This document shows, piece by piece, positions 1 to 9,486 of a stretch of 64,000 bases of DNA. A program made the translations under genes and the position numbers. Origin of the DNA: an uncultured bacterium (lineage in GTDB: Bacteria > Babelota > Babeliae > Babelales > Babelaceae). Position 1 is the stretch's first letter. Every line of letters starts with the position of its first letter. The notes under the pieces were generated by a model. It was given only the letters and a program-made list of their open reading frames with translations. It made no database searches and was not told where the DNA came from. Location of the stretch: the NCBI GenBank assembly GCA_963848965.1, contig CAWKFG010000004.1, forward strand, positions 608,001-672,000, written 5' to 3'.

Positions 1-20
1 ATATTCTAGAAGTTTTTCTC

Positions 21-98
21 AAAAAGTAACAGTTGCTGTTATAAATTATAACAGTTGTTGTTATAATTTACAAGAAATACCATTAATCACGTGTGTAG
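21..98 (-). promoter_or_regulatory. Promoter/operator module, copy A (22-bp tandem palindromic repeats over a sigma70-like promoter firing leftward, out of the window)
   Basis: Tandem 22-mers at 27-48 and 49-70 (taacagttgYtgttataaWtta). The minus strand reads TTGTAA-N17-TATAAT. Near-identical inverted copy at 60903-60980. Confidence 0.6.
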
Positions 99-295
99 TA
101 CCTCAGGATCATAACAGGTTTTCTACTTCTTTTAATCAAAATTCATAGATCTTGGACAAAATTTACCATTTTTTATGCTCTTATACACCTTATAGTTAGC
201 CGTTTTCTTCAACTGTTATCAAGAGAACAGACCTAGATTTATCATACTCAACATACTATACTACTTTTGGTACTTTCTAAAGGGGCTCTATAGTT

Positions 296-1033
296 ATGGC
301 AGACAAAGTGACAATTTTCGTTCATGGTACACTCTTTCCTCTACTCAGACAGCTTGTACAAGCTTTTGACTGCCCTCTTGGCCTTATTCCTGCCGATACA
401 CGTCCTAATAGGTATCTCTTAAGCCGTATTCCTTATATAATAAGTGAAGCAGCTCCGCAAAACTACCCCTTAAGCTCCTTTTATCTCTTTGGCTGGTCAG
501 GAAAATTACGGGTACAAGCACGCATAAAAGCAGCTGAAGATCTGTATCTAAAAATTCGAGATCTTAAGGGTTCTCTTACTATCATAGGACACAGTCATGG
601 AGCTACTGTTGCATTACTCCTTGCTTATATAGCACAAAAATATAATGATAAAAACTTTAAAGTTGATAAGCTTATTTTGCTTGCATGCCCTGTCCAAGAA
701 GCAACTGCACTATATAGTACTTACCCAGTATTCAAAAAGATTTTTTCACTGTATTCTTCTACAGATCTTGTACAAATTGCTGATCCACAAGGCTTGTATA
801 CTCCCCATACCTTATCCTTTTTTTCTCGAAGAACATTTAACCCTGCACCTCAACTTATACAAGCACGGGTTCTTATTAATGGACATAATCCTTATCATAT
901 AACTTTTATGTTACAAAGATTTCTTAAAAAATTACCTGCTGTTATAGCACTTCTTGAAAAAATAAAAAACACACAGAAATTATATACTGTTAATATACCA
1001 ACTTCTGAAGAAAAACCATCAATGGTAGAGTAA
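296..1033 (+). CDS. Alpha/beta-hydrolase (lipase/esterase-like)
   Basis: FVHGT oxyanion motif, GHSHG nucleophile elbow, LILLACP strand, later Asp and His candidates. Confidence 0.75.
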   Translation: MADKVTIFVHGTLFPLLRQLVQAFDCPLGLIPADTRPNRYLLSRIPYIISEAAPQNYPLSSFYLFGWSGKLRVQARIKAAEDLYLKIRDLKGSLTIIGHSHGATVALLLAYIAQKYNDKNFKVDKLILLACPVQEATALYSTYPVFKKIFSLYSSTDLVQIADPQGLYTPHTLSFFSRRTFNPAPQLIQARVLINGHNPYHITFMLQRFLKKLPAVIALLEKIKNTQKLYTVNIPTSEEKPSMVE

Positions 1034-1142
1034 TCTATACATCTATAAAAATGACTTTATGTACACCTTTTGCTCACTCTTGTATTACTGTTTTCAAATA
1101 CGATATGATAAAAGAGAGGGAGAGAAAAGACGAGGCATGAGC

Positions 1143-2090
1143 ATGATAAAAGAGATACCGTTTATTCATATACTAGTACTACTTATTCTTGTAGTGGCAC
1201 CTATCCGTGCAGATAAAAGAAATACCTGGCACTATAGAAAGCGACCAGAGATTAAAAATGCTTTTTTTATTGGTCCTTTACCACAGGGGCCACTTACTGT
1301 GTTTGTTCATGGCACTAAAGAATCGCTTATCTCTCGACTCGTTCATCGTGTTAACTATCCTTGGGGTATTGTTCCTGCATCTTTGCAAGGAAAACATTCA
1401 ATACTAGGATGTATTCCTTCTATACTCCATCAAGCATGTCCAGAACAATTTCATATAAATTCATTTTATCTATATGGGTGGCATGGGCGTTTATGCTTTA
1501 AAGCACGTAAAAAAGCTGCATTAGTATTGTATAAAATACTCAAAGATCATCAAGGACCTATCACACTTATGGCTCATAGTCATGGATGCAATGTCGCTCT
1601 CAATATAGCACAGGTAGCAGAGCTTTATAAAGATAGGAATTTTAAAATAGACCGCTTAATACTGCTTGCCTGTCCTGTACAAGCAGTTACTGCATGTTAT
1701 GCAAAGTCACCAGTATTTAAGCGAGTATACTCGTTCTATTCAACGGGAGACCTTTTACAGATAGCAGATCCACAAAGAGTTTATCTTGAATCGAGGCTTC
1801 TTTGTAGAATCTTAAGGGCCCCCCTTCCTTTGTTTTCAGAACGACTCTTTCCTCCTTCACCCAATCTTATCCAAATACGTATATTACTTGATAAAAAGAG
1901 TCCAGGACATATTAACTTTTTGTTAAGTCGTTTTTTAAGAAAGCTTCCTGCAGTAATCTCATTAGTTGAAGGCGCTCATGCAACTACACAGCAAAGTCAC
2001 TTTATCGTAAATATACCTCGTTTTAATGGTATACCGCATCTTATAGACCGTAGTCAAATATGGTATATCCCACGTACTATTTGGCGCTAA
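1143..2090 (+). CDS. Alpha/beta-hydrolase, tandem paralog with signal peptide (start probably 1137 or 1143)
   Basis: FVHGT, AHSHG, LILLACPVQ and QIADPQ shared with 296..1033; hydrophobic N-terminus. Confidence 0.75.
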   Translation: MIKEIPFIHILVLLILVVAPIRADKRNTWHYRKRPEIKNAFFIGPLPQGPLTVFVHGTKESLISRLVHRVNYPWGIVPASLQGKHSILGCIPSILHQACPEQFHINSFYLYGWHGRLCFKARKKAALVLYKILKDHQGPITLMAHSHGCNVALNIAQVAELYKDRNFKIDRLILLACPVQAVTACYAKSPVFKRVYSFYSTGDLLQIADPQRVYLESRLLCRILRAPLPLFSERLFPPSPNLIQIRILLDKKSPGHINFLLSRFLRKLPAVISLVEGAHATTQQSHFIVNIPRFNGIPHLIDRSQIWYIPRTIWR

Positions 2091-2093
2091 AGC

Positions 2094-3815
2094 TTATACA
2101 AGAAATTGCATACAATGTGAGCATAAATAACTTGATTGATAAGCAAGAGCTTCTTTACGGGTAAGAGAACGAGAGCACAAGGTACATTGTACTTGCTCTT
2201 CATCCGCTTGCTTAGAAGCAGCCTGTTCACATCCTAAGTCTAACATTGAATTATCACCAAAGATAGGTGATGAGGGAAGAGAAAGTAGTGGTTCAGAAGG
2301 AATGAAACCGAGAAGTTGCTCAAGACTCATATCTTTTGCCCACTCTGCTATACCATTTTTTGATTCACCAAGGCCTTTTTTATCAGACAACTCTTTTTCA
2401 TCTATGTTCTCACCTAAAAGCTGTAGTAATTCAATAAATGCAGACTCTTTTAAATTAATACTGTTATGAGCAGAATTAGAGACAACATAAAAACGTTCTT
2501 CTTGGTTTTTATTTATCACCACTGTTATCCAATGAAATGTAGTAAACAAGCAAACACAATATACACCTTTTGAATGGGGATCCTTCATCAATTCTTGCAA
2601 CTTGCTTAAGTTTTCGTTGAGCCCCTGTTCTACTTGCTCTTTGAGCGCCCCATAGGTAAGACGGTCTGCAAAAACAATAAAAAGATCTTTAAAGAGAGCA
2701 TCCGGTTCTACCTGAGTAAAATGGTGTACCAAAGAAGCTATCTCATCACTTGTAAGCAAATTTCCAACTTGACGTTCTTTTATTTTGTTCCATTCACTAT
2801 CTTCAAGCTCTACAGATCCTTTATCTCTTACTGTATGATCGTTTATTGCATTAGCTTCTCCACTTAAAAGGATCGATGTATTGCTTGATAGTTCTGCAAC
2901 TGAGTAAGGAGTAATAATAAAGCGCATCGCAGCTAATTGAGGAAAGTAAGCATTTATAGCATCGTCTGTAGAGAGTTGCTTATAATCAAACTTAGCTTCA
3001 TCTTCCGTTCCAGCATTACGCTTAACCTTATTTTCTATCACCTTCTTTAATATAAGGCGAATTTCATGCTCTGCCAATTGTACAGATTGAGCTTTTAACA
3101 AGCCATTACAAATACTATGATCAAGAAAGAACACTTCATTAAATTCCTTAAAAATAGAATCAAATTTCAAACGTTCTCTTACTCCATCGCTTATACATTC
3201 TGCTAAATAAGATTTCACGTTACCTATAACATGACGAAACGCCTCTATTACAGGATCTTGGTTTTCAAAAGCAACTGCACCCTCGTTAAAAGCAAGAGTA
3301 TATCCTCTCTCTACTTTTTGAGCACCCTTCAAACTCAGCAAAAGGCGATTACACACAAAATTTGCCAGCATTTTTCTTTTTCTAGCTTTAGCGATAATGT
3401 TTCTCCAAGCAGCTCTTCTGTCTAAACACATAACCTTTATTAAAGGCACGTTTGTTAACATAGTAGCAAGCGTAGAGCATGACTGTTGCCCTTTTAAAAA
3501 ATTGGCAATCGAAACACCATTTAACAGTGCTGTATAACCACAGCTTAAATCCTCTTGAGAAGCGGTAAATTGATCTGTAACTCTTATCTGTACCGCATTG
3601 TTATGCTGATCAAGAAAAAGATTGTTTCTCTTAAATTCTTCTACCGCAGCTGCCAGAGATAAGTGCACTGTACCAGCAGGTTCTTCATGAGATGATTTCT
3701 GCGGCTCTATTTCAATAACTTCTTCTATTTTACGCTTACGAGACTCCTTTTCAACTTCCATACCATACACAGGAAGAGTTAAAAAGAGTATACCGAGTAT
3801 CTTATTTACATTCAT
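2094..3815 (-). CDS. Secreted putative papain-like cysteine protease with C-terminal zinc finger
   Basis: Signal peptide then GME; QEDLSCGY, HWITVV and VVSNS motifs; CTLC..CSHC at the C-terminus; AGGAG upstream of ATG 3815. Confidence 0.5.
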   Translation of the reverse strand: MNVNKILGILFLTLPVYGMEVEKESRKRKIEEVIEIEPQKSSHEEPAGTVHLSLAAAVEEFKRNNLFLDQHNNAVQIRVTDQFTASQEDLSCGYTALLNGVSIANFLKGQQSCSTLATMLTNVPLIKVMCLDRRAAWRNIIAKARKRKMLANFVCNRLLLSLKGAQKVERGYTLAFNEGAVAFENQDPVIEAFRHVIGNVKSYLAECISDGVRERLKFDSIFKEFNEVFFLDHSICNGLLKAQSVQLAEHEIRLILKKVIENKVKRNAGTEDEAKFDYKQLSTDDAINAYFPQLAAMRFIITPYSVAELSSNTSILLSGEANAINDHTVRDKGSVELEDSEWNKIKERQVGNLLTSDEIASLVHHFTQVEPDALFKDLFIVFADRLTYGALKEQVEQGLNENLSKLQELMKDPHSKGVYCVCLFTTFHWITVVINKNQEERFYVVSNSAHNSINLKESAFIELLQLLGENIDEKELSDKKGLGESKNGIAEWAKDMSLEQLLGFIPSEPLLSLPSSPIFGDNSMLDLGCEQAASKQADEEQVQCTLCSRSLTRKEALAYQSSYLCSHCMQFLV

Positions 3816-3941
3816 TGACAAACTCCTATAATCTACTTCACCAGCGGCAAAGTACTCAGAAAGCAAATTTAACATGTATAATAGTATTATCTAATAAGGC
3901 AAAATTGTCAAGAAGGCCACTTAGTCAAAGTATATGATTTA

Positions 3942-4613
3942 CTAATTTGCAAACTTCTGCGAGTCCACGTTTGCACACGTGCCCTCCTGTTGCACTTCTA
4001 ATGGGTTACGCATTACCGCTTGCGACTGTTGAGGAACACATACTGAAAGGCGATTAATAATAGCCTCAATCGCAAGTGCTTTATTATGCTTTAAAATACG
4101 GTCATAGCGAGTTAAACTAGCATAAAGATCTTTTATACCTGAACAACAGGTAACTGCTCCAATACTTGCTAAAAGCCATTTTACTATGAGAGAACCATAC
4201 GTATGGTTCTCTAAAATAGTTACAGTCGTAGGAGCTGTAGATTCTGCTCCTTCTGCTGCCGGAACTTCGGAAGAGACCGTATGAGCAACAGAAAAGGTAC
4301 CTGCTTTAAAAAACTGGCGGCTCATGAGTGCAGCAGCCGCTCCTAACACAAGCTTAAAACTTCCTTTCAGCAAACGAACACTGTCAGAAAGGGTAAACTG
4401 CTTTTGCATCTCTCCATAAGTCTTATTGGTATTATCACATGCAAGCTTTACATATTTGGACTTATCATCTAAGCACAAAATAAAGTGCGGGATAAACAAT
4501 CTTTGCAATTTAGATGGCTCTCCATCATTAATTGCCTCTTCAATAGGATCATAAATACCTACTATTCGCACACTATATGCTATTATTAATCCCACTAATA
4601 CGATTCTTTTCAT
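3942..4613 (-). CDS. Exported hypothetical protein with hydrophobic hairpin (paralog family A)
   Basis: Signal peptide; IEEAI..EPSKL, KSKYVKLA, two hydrophobic segments, KALAIE. Confidence 0.7.
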   Translation of the reverse strand: MKRIVLVGLIIAYSVRIVGIYDPIEEAINDGEPSKLQRLFIPHFILCLDDKSKYVKLACDNTNKTYGEMQKQFTLSDSVRLLKGSFKLVLGAAAALMSRQFFKAGTFSVAHTVSSEVPAAEGAESTAPTTVTILENHTYGSLIVKWLLASIGAVTCCSGIKDLYASLTRYDRILKHNKALAIEAIINRLSVCVPQQSQAVMRNPLEVQQEGTCANVDSQKFAN

Positions 4614-4705
4614 CGGTTGCTTCCTTCTCATATACTCAAAGGTATAGAATGCCCTACCTCTTTAATGTACACCTGAAACCTCTTAGAAAGCAACCATGAA
4701 CACAT

Positions 4706-4732
4706 AAAAAAAGCCCCTGCTTATGCAGGGGC
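4706..4732 (-). terminator. Rho-independent terminator of the Nudix gene
   Basis: gcccctgc-ttat-gcaggggc stem followed by a T run on the minus strand. Confidence 0.8.
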
Positions 4733-4742
4733 ATCTTTACTT

Positions 4743-5468
4743 TTAATATGGATAAAAGCGTATTTTAGGACTTTTACCAAGTGTATAATTATGAGTTCCT
4801 TTAAAGAAGGATTGCATACTGCTTACAAATACAGGCCGTAATGGAATATATGCTTTATGCTTTTTACCATTAGGCTCTACTACTTGTGCAGCTACATATA
4901 TAGGCGCAATAATTCTATTGTTACTATCACGACGAGCATTTGCTACCGTATGCTCAAGATCAGTCCAACGGACCCAAGCAAGTTTATCTTTTTCTTTACT
5001 TGACCATTTACGTGCCTTACTACGCGCTGAATAAAATCGCTTTGTTAATGTTTCTAAGCTTCTTGGATGAAACTTAGTCACATACACAGCAAAACGCTTA
5101 TTCACCTGTGCAACAACGGTATGAGTATTTCCACTATTTACATCAATATGCTTTTTAAGCTGATGCGGGCTACCTAATACAAATGCGCTCTCTTCTGCAC
5201 ATTCTCTACTTGCTGTTTCAACAGGATGATTCTCTCCTGGGTCTCTGCTGCCACCAAATGCATCGTAGGTCCCTTTGTCTCTTCCTCCAGCTTCCCGTGA
5301 TAAAAGGAAGTATGCTTGACCTTTAGGCTTTGCTTGCCATCGAGTATACGGCAATACCGAAGCACCCATAAAATTAAATGAACTCAAAGCCGGTGCTGCT
5401 TCTACTGCAGATACCATAATACCTGCTATAAGCGCAAGCACATTGAGCTTACTATACCATAATTTCAT
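4743..5468 (-). CDS. Secreted Nudix hydrolase
   Basis: Signal peptide ending AVEA; Nudix-box-like GGSRDPGENHPVETASRECAEES. Confidence 0.75.
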   Translation of the reverse strand: MKLWYSKLNVLALIAGIMVSAVEAAPALSSFNFMGASVLPYTRWQAKPKGQAYFLLSREAGGRDKGTYDAFGGSRDPGENHPVETASRECAEESAFVLGSPHQLKKHIDVNSGNTHTVVAQVNKRFAVYVTKFHPRSLETLTKRFYSARSKARKWSSKEKDKLAWVRWTDLEHTVANARRDSNNRIIAPIYVAAQVVEPNGKKHKAYIPLRPVFVSSMQSFFKGTHNYTLGKSPKIRFYPY

Positions 5469-5652
5469 TATTAACCTTTCTATGTGCGTGATATTTAGCG
5501 ATAATTATATATTTAATAATATAGAATATATAGTATAATTGCCAAATAATCAATAGCAATAGAGGGAGGGTTATTTCAGTGCCCACTTTTATTTAAGTGG
5601 CGCTTCTTCGCCTTAAAGAGATGGTTCTTAATTTCTCTATTTTGTTTCCGGA

Positions 5653-7050
5653 GTGACTTTCTCTCTCCAATGAATTGAAGAGCATCAATGAAGATGCAGG
5701 TGAGATTCGTAGATCATATGCCAATCAAGGTTAAAAGACTTTGATTGCAAGACTACAGGGCTAGCCACATGCCCACTACTCTCATTACTAAGAGATACAT
5801 ACTTCTTGAGTATATTTAACGCTCCATTACAATCTGCCTGCATTTGCCATCCACACGTACACTTATACCATCCTCTTCCTTTTCTTTGGCTCTTGGACAC
5901 CTTACCGCAAGCGTAACAAGTTTTAGAAGTATAAGCTTCATTTACAGTTATCACTTTTATGCCTAAGCAAGCGGCTTTATACGTAATCATATGCTTTATC
6001 TTTGCATAAGCCCATGCATGTAAACGCTGATTAAGGCGATGGCCCCAATCGATACGTTCTCTTATACCGGTAACGTCTCCTACTACTATAGTATCAACAC
6101 TTGAATTATAGCACTGCATAACAAAATGCTTTGTAATCATATGAAGCATATGGTCTATCTGCCCCTCTTCTTTATGCGCAACTTGAGCGAACCTTTTACT
6201 CTTTCTTTTGCCTTTAGAAGGAGGTTTTAGGCTTGCTCTTACTTTTTGCCAATACCTACGGATAGACTTTACGAACATGCCTTTATAGAGCAGAGCTGTA
6301 CCATCATCAAAGACTGCTGTAATTAAATAAGTCTCACCGAGATCTACAGCTACTGTACGAGAGCCAAGAGGTTGACAAGCGTTAATGTAAACCACTAGAT
6401 GGGCACAGAGTCCATTATTTTTATCGTAAGTGAGTACTACATTAATAACTTTTGTAAACGTAATATCTTTACGCATGGCAAGCTTAAGGTCTAGATGCTT
6501 AATGCCATCATCTCGCTTTGTACCTAAGCTTATAGTAAGTACATCATCTTCTAAGGTAAAACCAAAACCATTATGGTAACGTAAAGGAGAATAAGAATTT
6601 TTAGGACGAAAGCTAGGTTGTTGATGCTGAGTATATCCTTTAGCCTTAAGAGCCATAAAACTTTTATGTGCTTGAATAACCTCATCACGAGTAGCTTGTG
6701 TAGAATGAGAATAGTAAGCCTTGCAGGCAGGCAAGAGCTTAAGACAAGCATTGAGATCTTTACGGCTAGGCTTACAATTACCTTGACGGATATGCCAAAG
6801 GAGACCATTGTATACCTTAGTAGCATACCACAGAGCTCCCTTTACTATGCACTCAGTATAAGCATTTGTTTCTATCTTTGCTACAATAGTTAATAAAGGC
6901 ATAACTTTCTCCTCAATCTTTAGTATAACTTAAGAGCGAGTTCTTGCAACTGCCTTGCGCCTGGAAGGCGCTCGCCTTGCCTGTCCGCCATAACTTTAGT
7001 GAAGGCTGGATATCTCCCCTATAAATAGAGGTGGATTACGGCAAATTCTC
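5653..7050 (-). mobile_element. Solo-tnpB IS200/IS605-group (IS1341-like) element
   Basis: tnpB without tnpA. Left-end hairpin at about 7014-7035, preceded on the minus strand by TTTA. Right end gaatctcac...gagagaaagtcac. Boundaries are inferred. Confidence 0.6.
5685..6902 (-). CDS. tnpB: RNA-guided endonuclease TnpB (rearranged RuvC-II type)
   Basis: VAVDLG, IVVGD, NEAYTSKTCYACG, CTCG zinc finger, ADCNGALNI. Confidence 0.9.
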   Translation of the reverse strand: MPLLTIVAKIETNAYTECIVKGALWYATKVYNGLLWHIRQGNCKPSRKDLNACLKLLPACKAYYSHSTQATRDEVIQAHKSFMALKAKGYTQHQQPSFRPKNSYSPLRYHNGFGFTLEDDVLTISLGTKRDDGIKHLDLKLAMRKDITFTKVINVVLTYDKNNGLCAHLVVYINACQPLGSRTVAVDLGETYLITAVFDDGTALLYKGMFVKSIRRYWQKVRASLKPPSKGKRKSKRFAQVAHKEEGQIDHMLHMITKHFVMQCYNSSVDTIVVGDVTGIRERIDWGHRLNQRLHAWAYAKIKHMITYKAACLGIKVITVNEAYTSKTCYACGKVSKSQRKGRGWYKCTCGWQMQADCNGALNILKKYVSLSNESSGHVASPVVLQSKSFNLDWHMIYESHLHLH

Positions 7051-7156
7051 TAAAGCGAACATGTTTACCTTTACCTTGAACTTCAGATTCTGCTCTGAAA
7101 GGTAAGAGCTCTCCTAGCCAGCACTTCTTATCTTTGCTAAAGCTAGGAGAGGCAGC

Positions 7157-7655
7157 TTAAGTTTCTTTTGTTGGCATACGTTCAAGCAAATGCTCAAGAG
7201 CTATGGCTTTGTAGTATGCAGTAAAGCGGAAATGCTTTGTGAACACTTTGTACAGTTCTCGTATACCGAGCACAGTAAGTGTAACACCGCCCAAGCTTAT
7301 GCAAAAGCTGACGCGTTCTTCATGTAGAGTAGAATAAGAGTTTTTTATAAGGTACGCCATTGCTAGCGAAAGAAGACCGGAAGTCGTAAGAGCAAGGCCT
7401 CGCAAGCAGGGTATAAGTTCTTGTTTAGTAAATGGGCCAGTGTAAGTTAAGAGAAAGAGTGTTTACGAGTATATGTGCTTGTTCAAGATAGCGCTTTTTT
7501 TCTTTGGCAGAGAGTATTCCTTTTTGCGAAAGATAGGCAAAAAGTTTTTCTGGTTGGTTCTTGTGTAATGCCTCTTCTAGAGGATGAGCATAAAAACCAA
7601 AATTTAAAAAATGAGAGGATAAAGCGAGTATGAGAAAGAAAAATCGATAATTCAT
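7157..7655 (-). pseudogene. Frameshifted member of paralog family A
   Basis: 7425..7655 carries the N-terminal motifs (LEEAL..QPEKL, EKKRYLEQA). A shifted frame continues TGPFTKQELIPCLRG...YYKAIALEHLLERMP. Shift near 7440-7460. Confidence 0.7.
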
Positions 7656-7673
7656 AGTATTTTCCCTTATAGG

Positions 7674-8243
7674 TTATGATGTTTGCGCGGGCACCTCTTC
7701 AAGTATTTTTAGTACAGCACATGCTCTCATATAAATAAGATCTTGAGGAGTATATTCTCTACGCTTCATTATAAACTTTGTTAAATTGGCCAAAACTTGT
7801 GCAGCACCAATCCCAGCAACTAAAGGCCAATCATGCAGCACATTTTTGCCACGCACTACAATTATGTTAAGATCTTTTGATAATTTTTGCATATGCATGC
7901 CTATTAAAATAAGAAGACTACCGCATATAATACCAAAAGGTGGAAATAAACAGAGTTTAGCACCAATAACAAGAGGATGCTCCTTTTCATCAAGAGCTTT
8001 CTTTACAAAACAGTAAGCAGAAAGATCTCTATTTGCCGGATATTTGGCACTTTCTACGAGCTCTTTTGCAAGTTTTATATAGCGTTCTTTGTCCATTGTA
8101 GGAAGAACTTGTTTTTCGGCAACACAATCTCTAACCTTTTTTGGATCTATCTCTTGTATTGCTTGTTCTAGTAAGTAGTCACAGGAAGTAAAGGTTCCTT
8201 GTAAAAAAACTACCATAGCTAAAACACTTTTTAACCTTACCAT
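7674..8243 (-). CDS. Exported hypothetical protein (paralog family A)
   Basis: Signal peptide; LEQAI..DPKKV, DKERYIKLA, two TM-like segments, YMRACAVLKILEEVP. Confidence 0.7.
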   Translation of the reverse strand: MVRLKSVLAMVVFLQGTFTSCDYLLEQAIQEIDPKKVRDCVAEKQVLPTMDKERYIKLAKELVESAKYPANRDLSAYCFVKKALDEKEHPLVIGAKLCLFPPFGIICGSLLILIGMHMQKLSKDLNIIVVRGKNVLHDWPLVAGIGAAQVLANLTKFIMKRREYTPQDLIYMRACAVLKILEEVPAQTS

Positions 8244-8523
8244 TTTACAGCCTTCTTTGAAGTATCTTTAAAATTACCACAAGTATATTTTATTTTTATT
8301 TTTTGTCTATAAAGCATTACTGCAGTTAAGAAAAATGTGCAACTTGCCGAGGTCCCTTCACATGGTAAAAGTATTTTTCAATACAATTAGGCTTCAAATG
8401 GTATTTTAGCTTATCAATCATTAGCAAATGAAGTACTAATTTTTATTAGTATATCAAATTACTAATAAATAACTCAATAACAAGAAAGGCTAGGTTTCAT
8501 GTCTGGAGAGAGTTAGTTATGCT

Positions 8524-8913
8524 TTATCTTTTGGAAATCGATATAGCTTCGGATTGACTGTTTTCAGGAGGAAGAACTCCTTTGCTTTTTGGTGAAAGAG
8601 TAATTGTAGCCTTACAGTCTTTAATATCTGGACTTACGGTTATTACAATATACTGGCCAAGTAAATTTAATAATTTAAATAACCTATCAATTGAGAATCC
8701 AGCAAGTTTCCCTGTACTTAATGCTGATACTTTAGGTTGGCTAATACCTAATAGTTTAGCTGCTTGGGATTGATTTAAGCCTCTTTCAGCTATAGCCCTA
8801 TTAACTTCACTAGCAAGTTGAGCTTTTGCTAATCTTTCTTCAGGATTTGGCAACCCTAGGTCTGCAAACACGTTACCAGAGCTTATTTCGTATTCTATTT
8901 TTTTATTTTTCAT
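8524..8913 (-). CDS. XRE-family HTH antitoxin (HigA-like)
   Basis: SSGNVFADLG N-terminus; HTH LNQSQAAKLLGISQPKVSAL..GKLAGFSIDRL. Confidence 0.88.
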   Translation of the reverse strand: MKNKKIEYEISSGNVFADLGLPNPEERLAKAQLASEVNRAIAERGLNQSQAAKLLGISQPKVSALSTGKLAGFSIDRLFKLLNLLGQYIVITVSPDIKDCKATITLSPKSKGVLPPENSQSEAISISKR

Positions 8914-9274
8914 GTTTTATATCCTTGTAAATTTTCTCTGCCTCTTTAAGCCTTTGGCGAATTAAATCTATATCTTGTTTAGGTGTTTCTATTGCCTTTT
9001 TAGATTTCTTTTGAAAAACATGTAGTACAAATACAATATCGGCAAAGTTAACAGTATAAACTCCTCTATAAGTTCCACCTCTATCATGAGTAATAATCTC
9101 AAGTACTCCAGCACTCCCAAAGCCTTTTAGTACATAAGCGTTAGAAGCCTGTCTGCCAGATTGAGCTTCGCCGAGGCCATAACCTATAATGTCCTGGACA
9201 TCTTCTGATAGAGCAATTAAATCTTTTTTAGAAGAACCAAGCCAAATCAATGGCTTTCTTGTTTTTCTGTTCAT
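8903..9274 (-). CDS. RelE/HigB-like (Gp49-type) toxin
   Basis: WLGSSKKDL, LKGFGSAGVLEI, TYRGVYTV, VLHVFQKKSK, TPKQDIDLI; overlaps the antitoxin gene. Confidence 0.88.
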   Translation of the reverse strand: MNRKTRKPLIWLGSSKKDLIALSEDVQDIIGYGLGEAQSGRQASNAYVLKGFGSAGVLEIITHDRGGTYRGVYTVNFADIVFVLHVFQKKSKKAIETPKQDIDLIRQRLKEAEKIYKDIKHEK

Positions 9275-9282
9275 ATATTATA

Positions 9283-9310
9283 TTATCCCATATTTGGGAT
9301 AAATTTGCAA
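9283..9310 (-). promoter_or_regulatory. TA promoter with operator palindrome (probably leaderless transcript)
   Basis: ttatccca-tatt-tgggataa at 9283-9302 lies within minus-strand TTGCAA-N17-GATAAT, 7 nt before the ATG. Confidence 0.65.
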
Positions 9311-9486
9311 TAGATGTTAGGTATGAATCGAATTGTGAAATCGTTTTTTCTCTGTGGTCGCCAAAAAGCCCTTACTTATAGTGTTTTTCATATATCAAGG
9401 GTTGAGGGAATTTAGCAGATAGAGATATTTATTGTTCAACAGTGAACACAATTTATAGAAAGCAATACAAAAAAATAGTTAAATTC

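Noticed and set aside
21..70. Possible CRISPR array or iterons
   Set aside because: Only two adjacent 22-bp units with no spacers; no cas or rep genes
5576..7156. Open frame reconstructed across the inferred empty site of the first TnpB element
   Set aside because: About 60 codons with no start codon or recognisable homology; only weak support for the boundary
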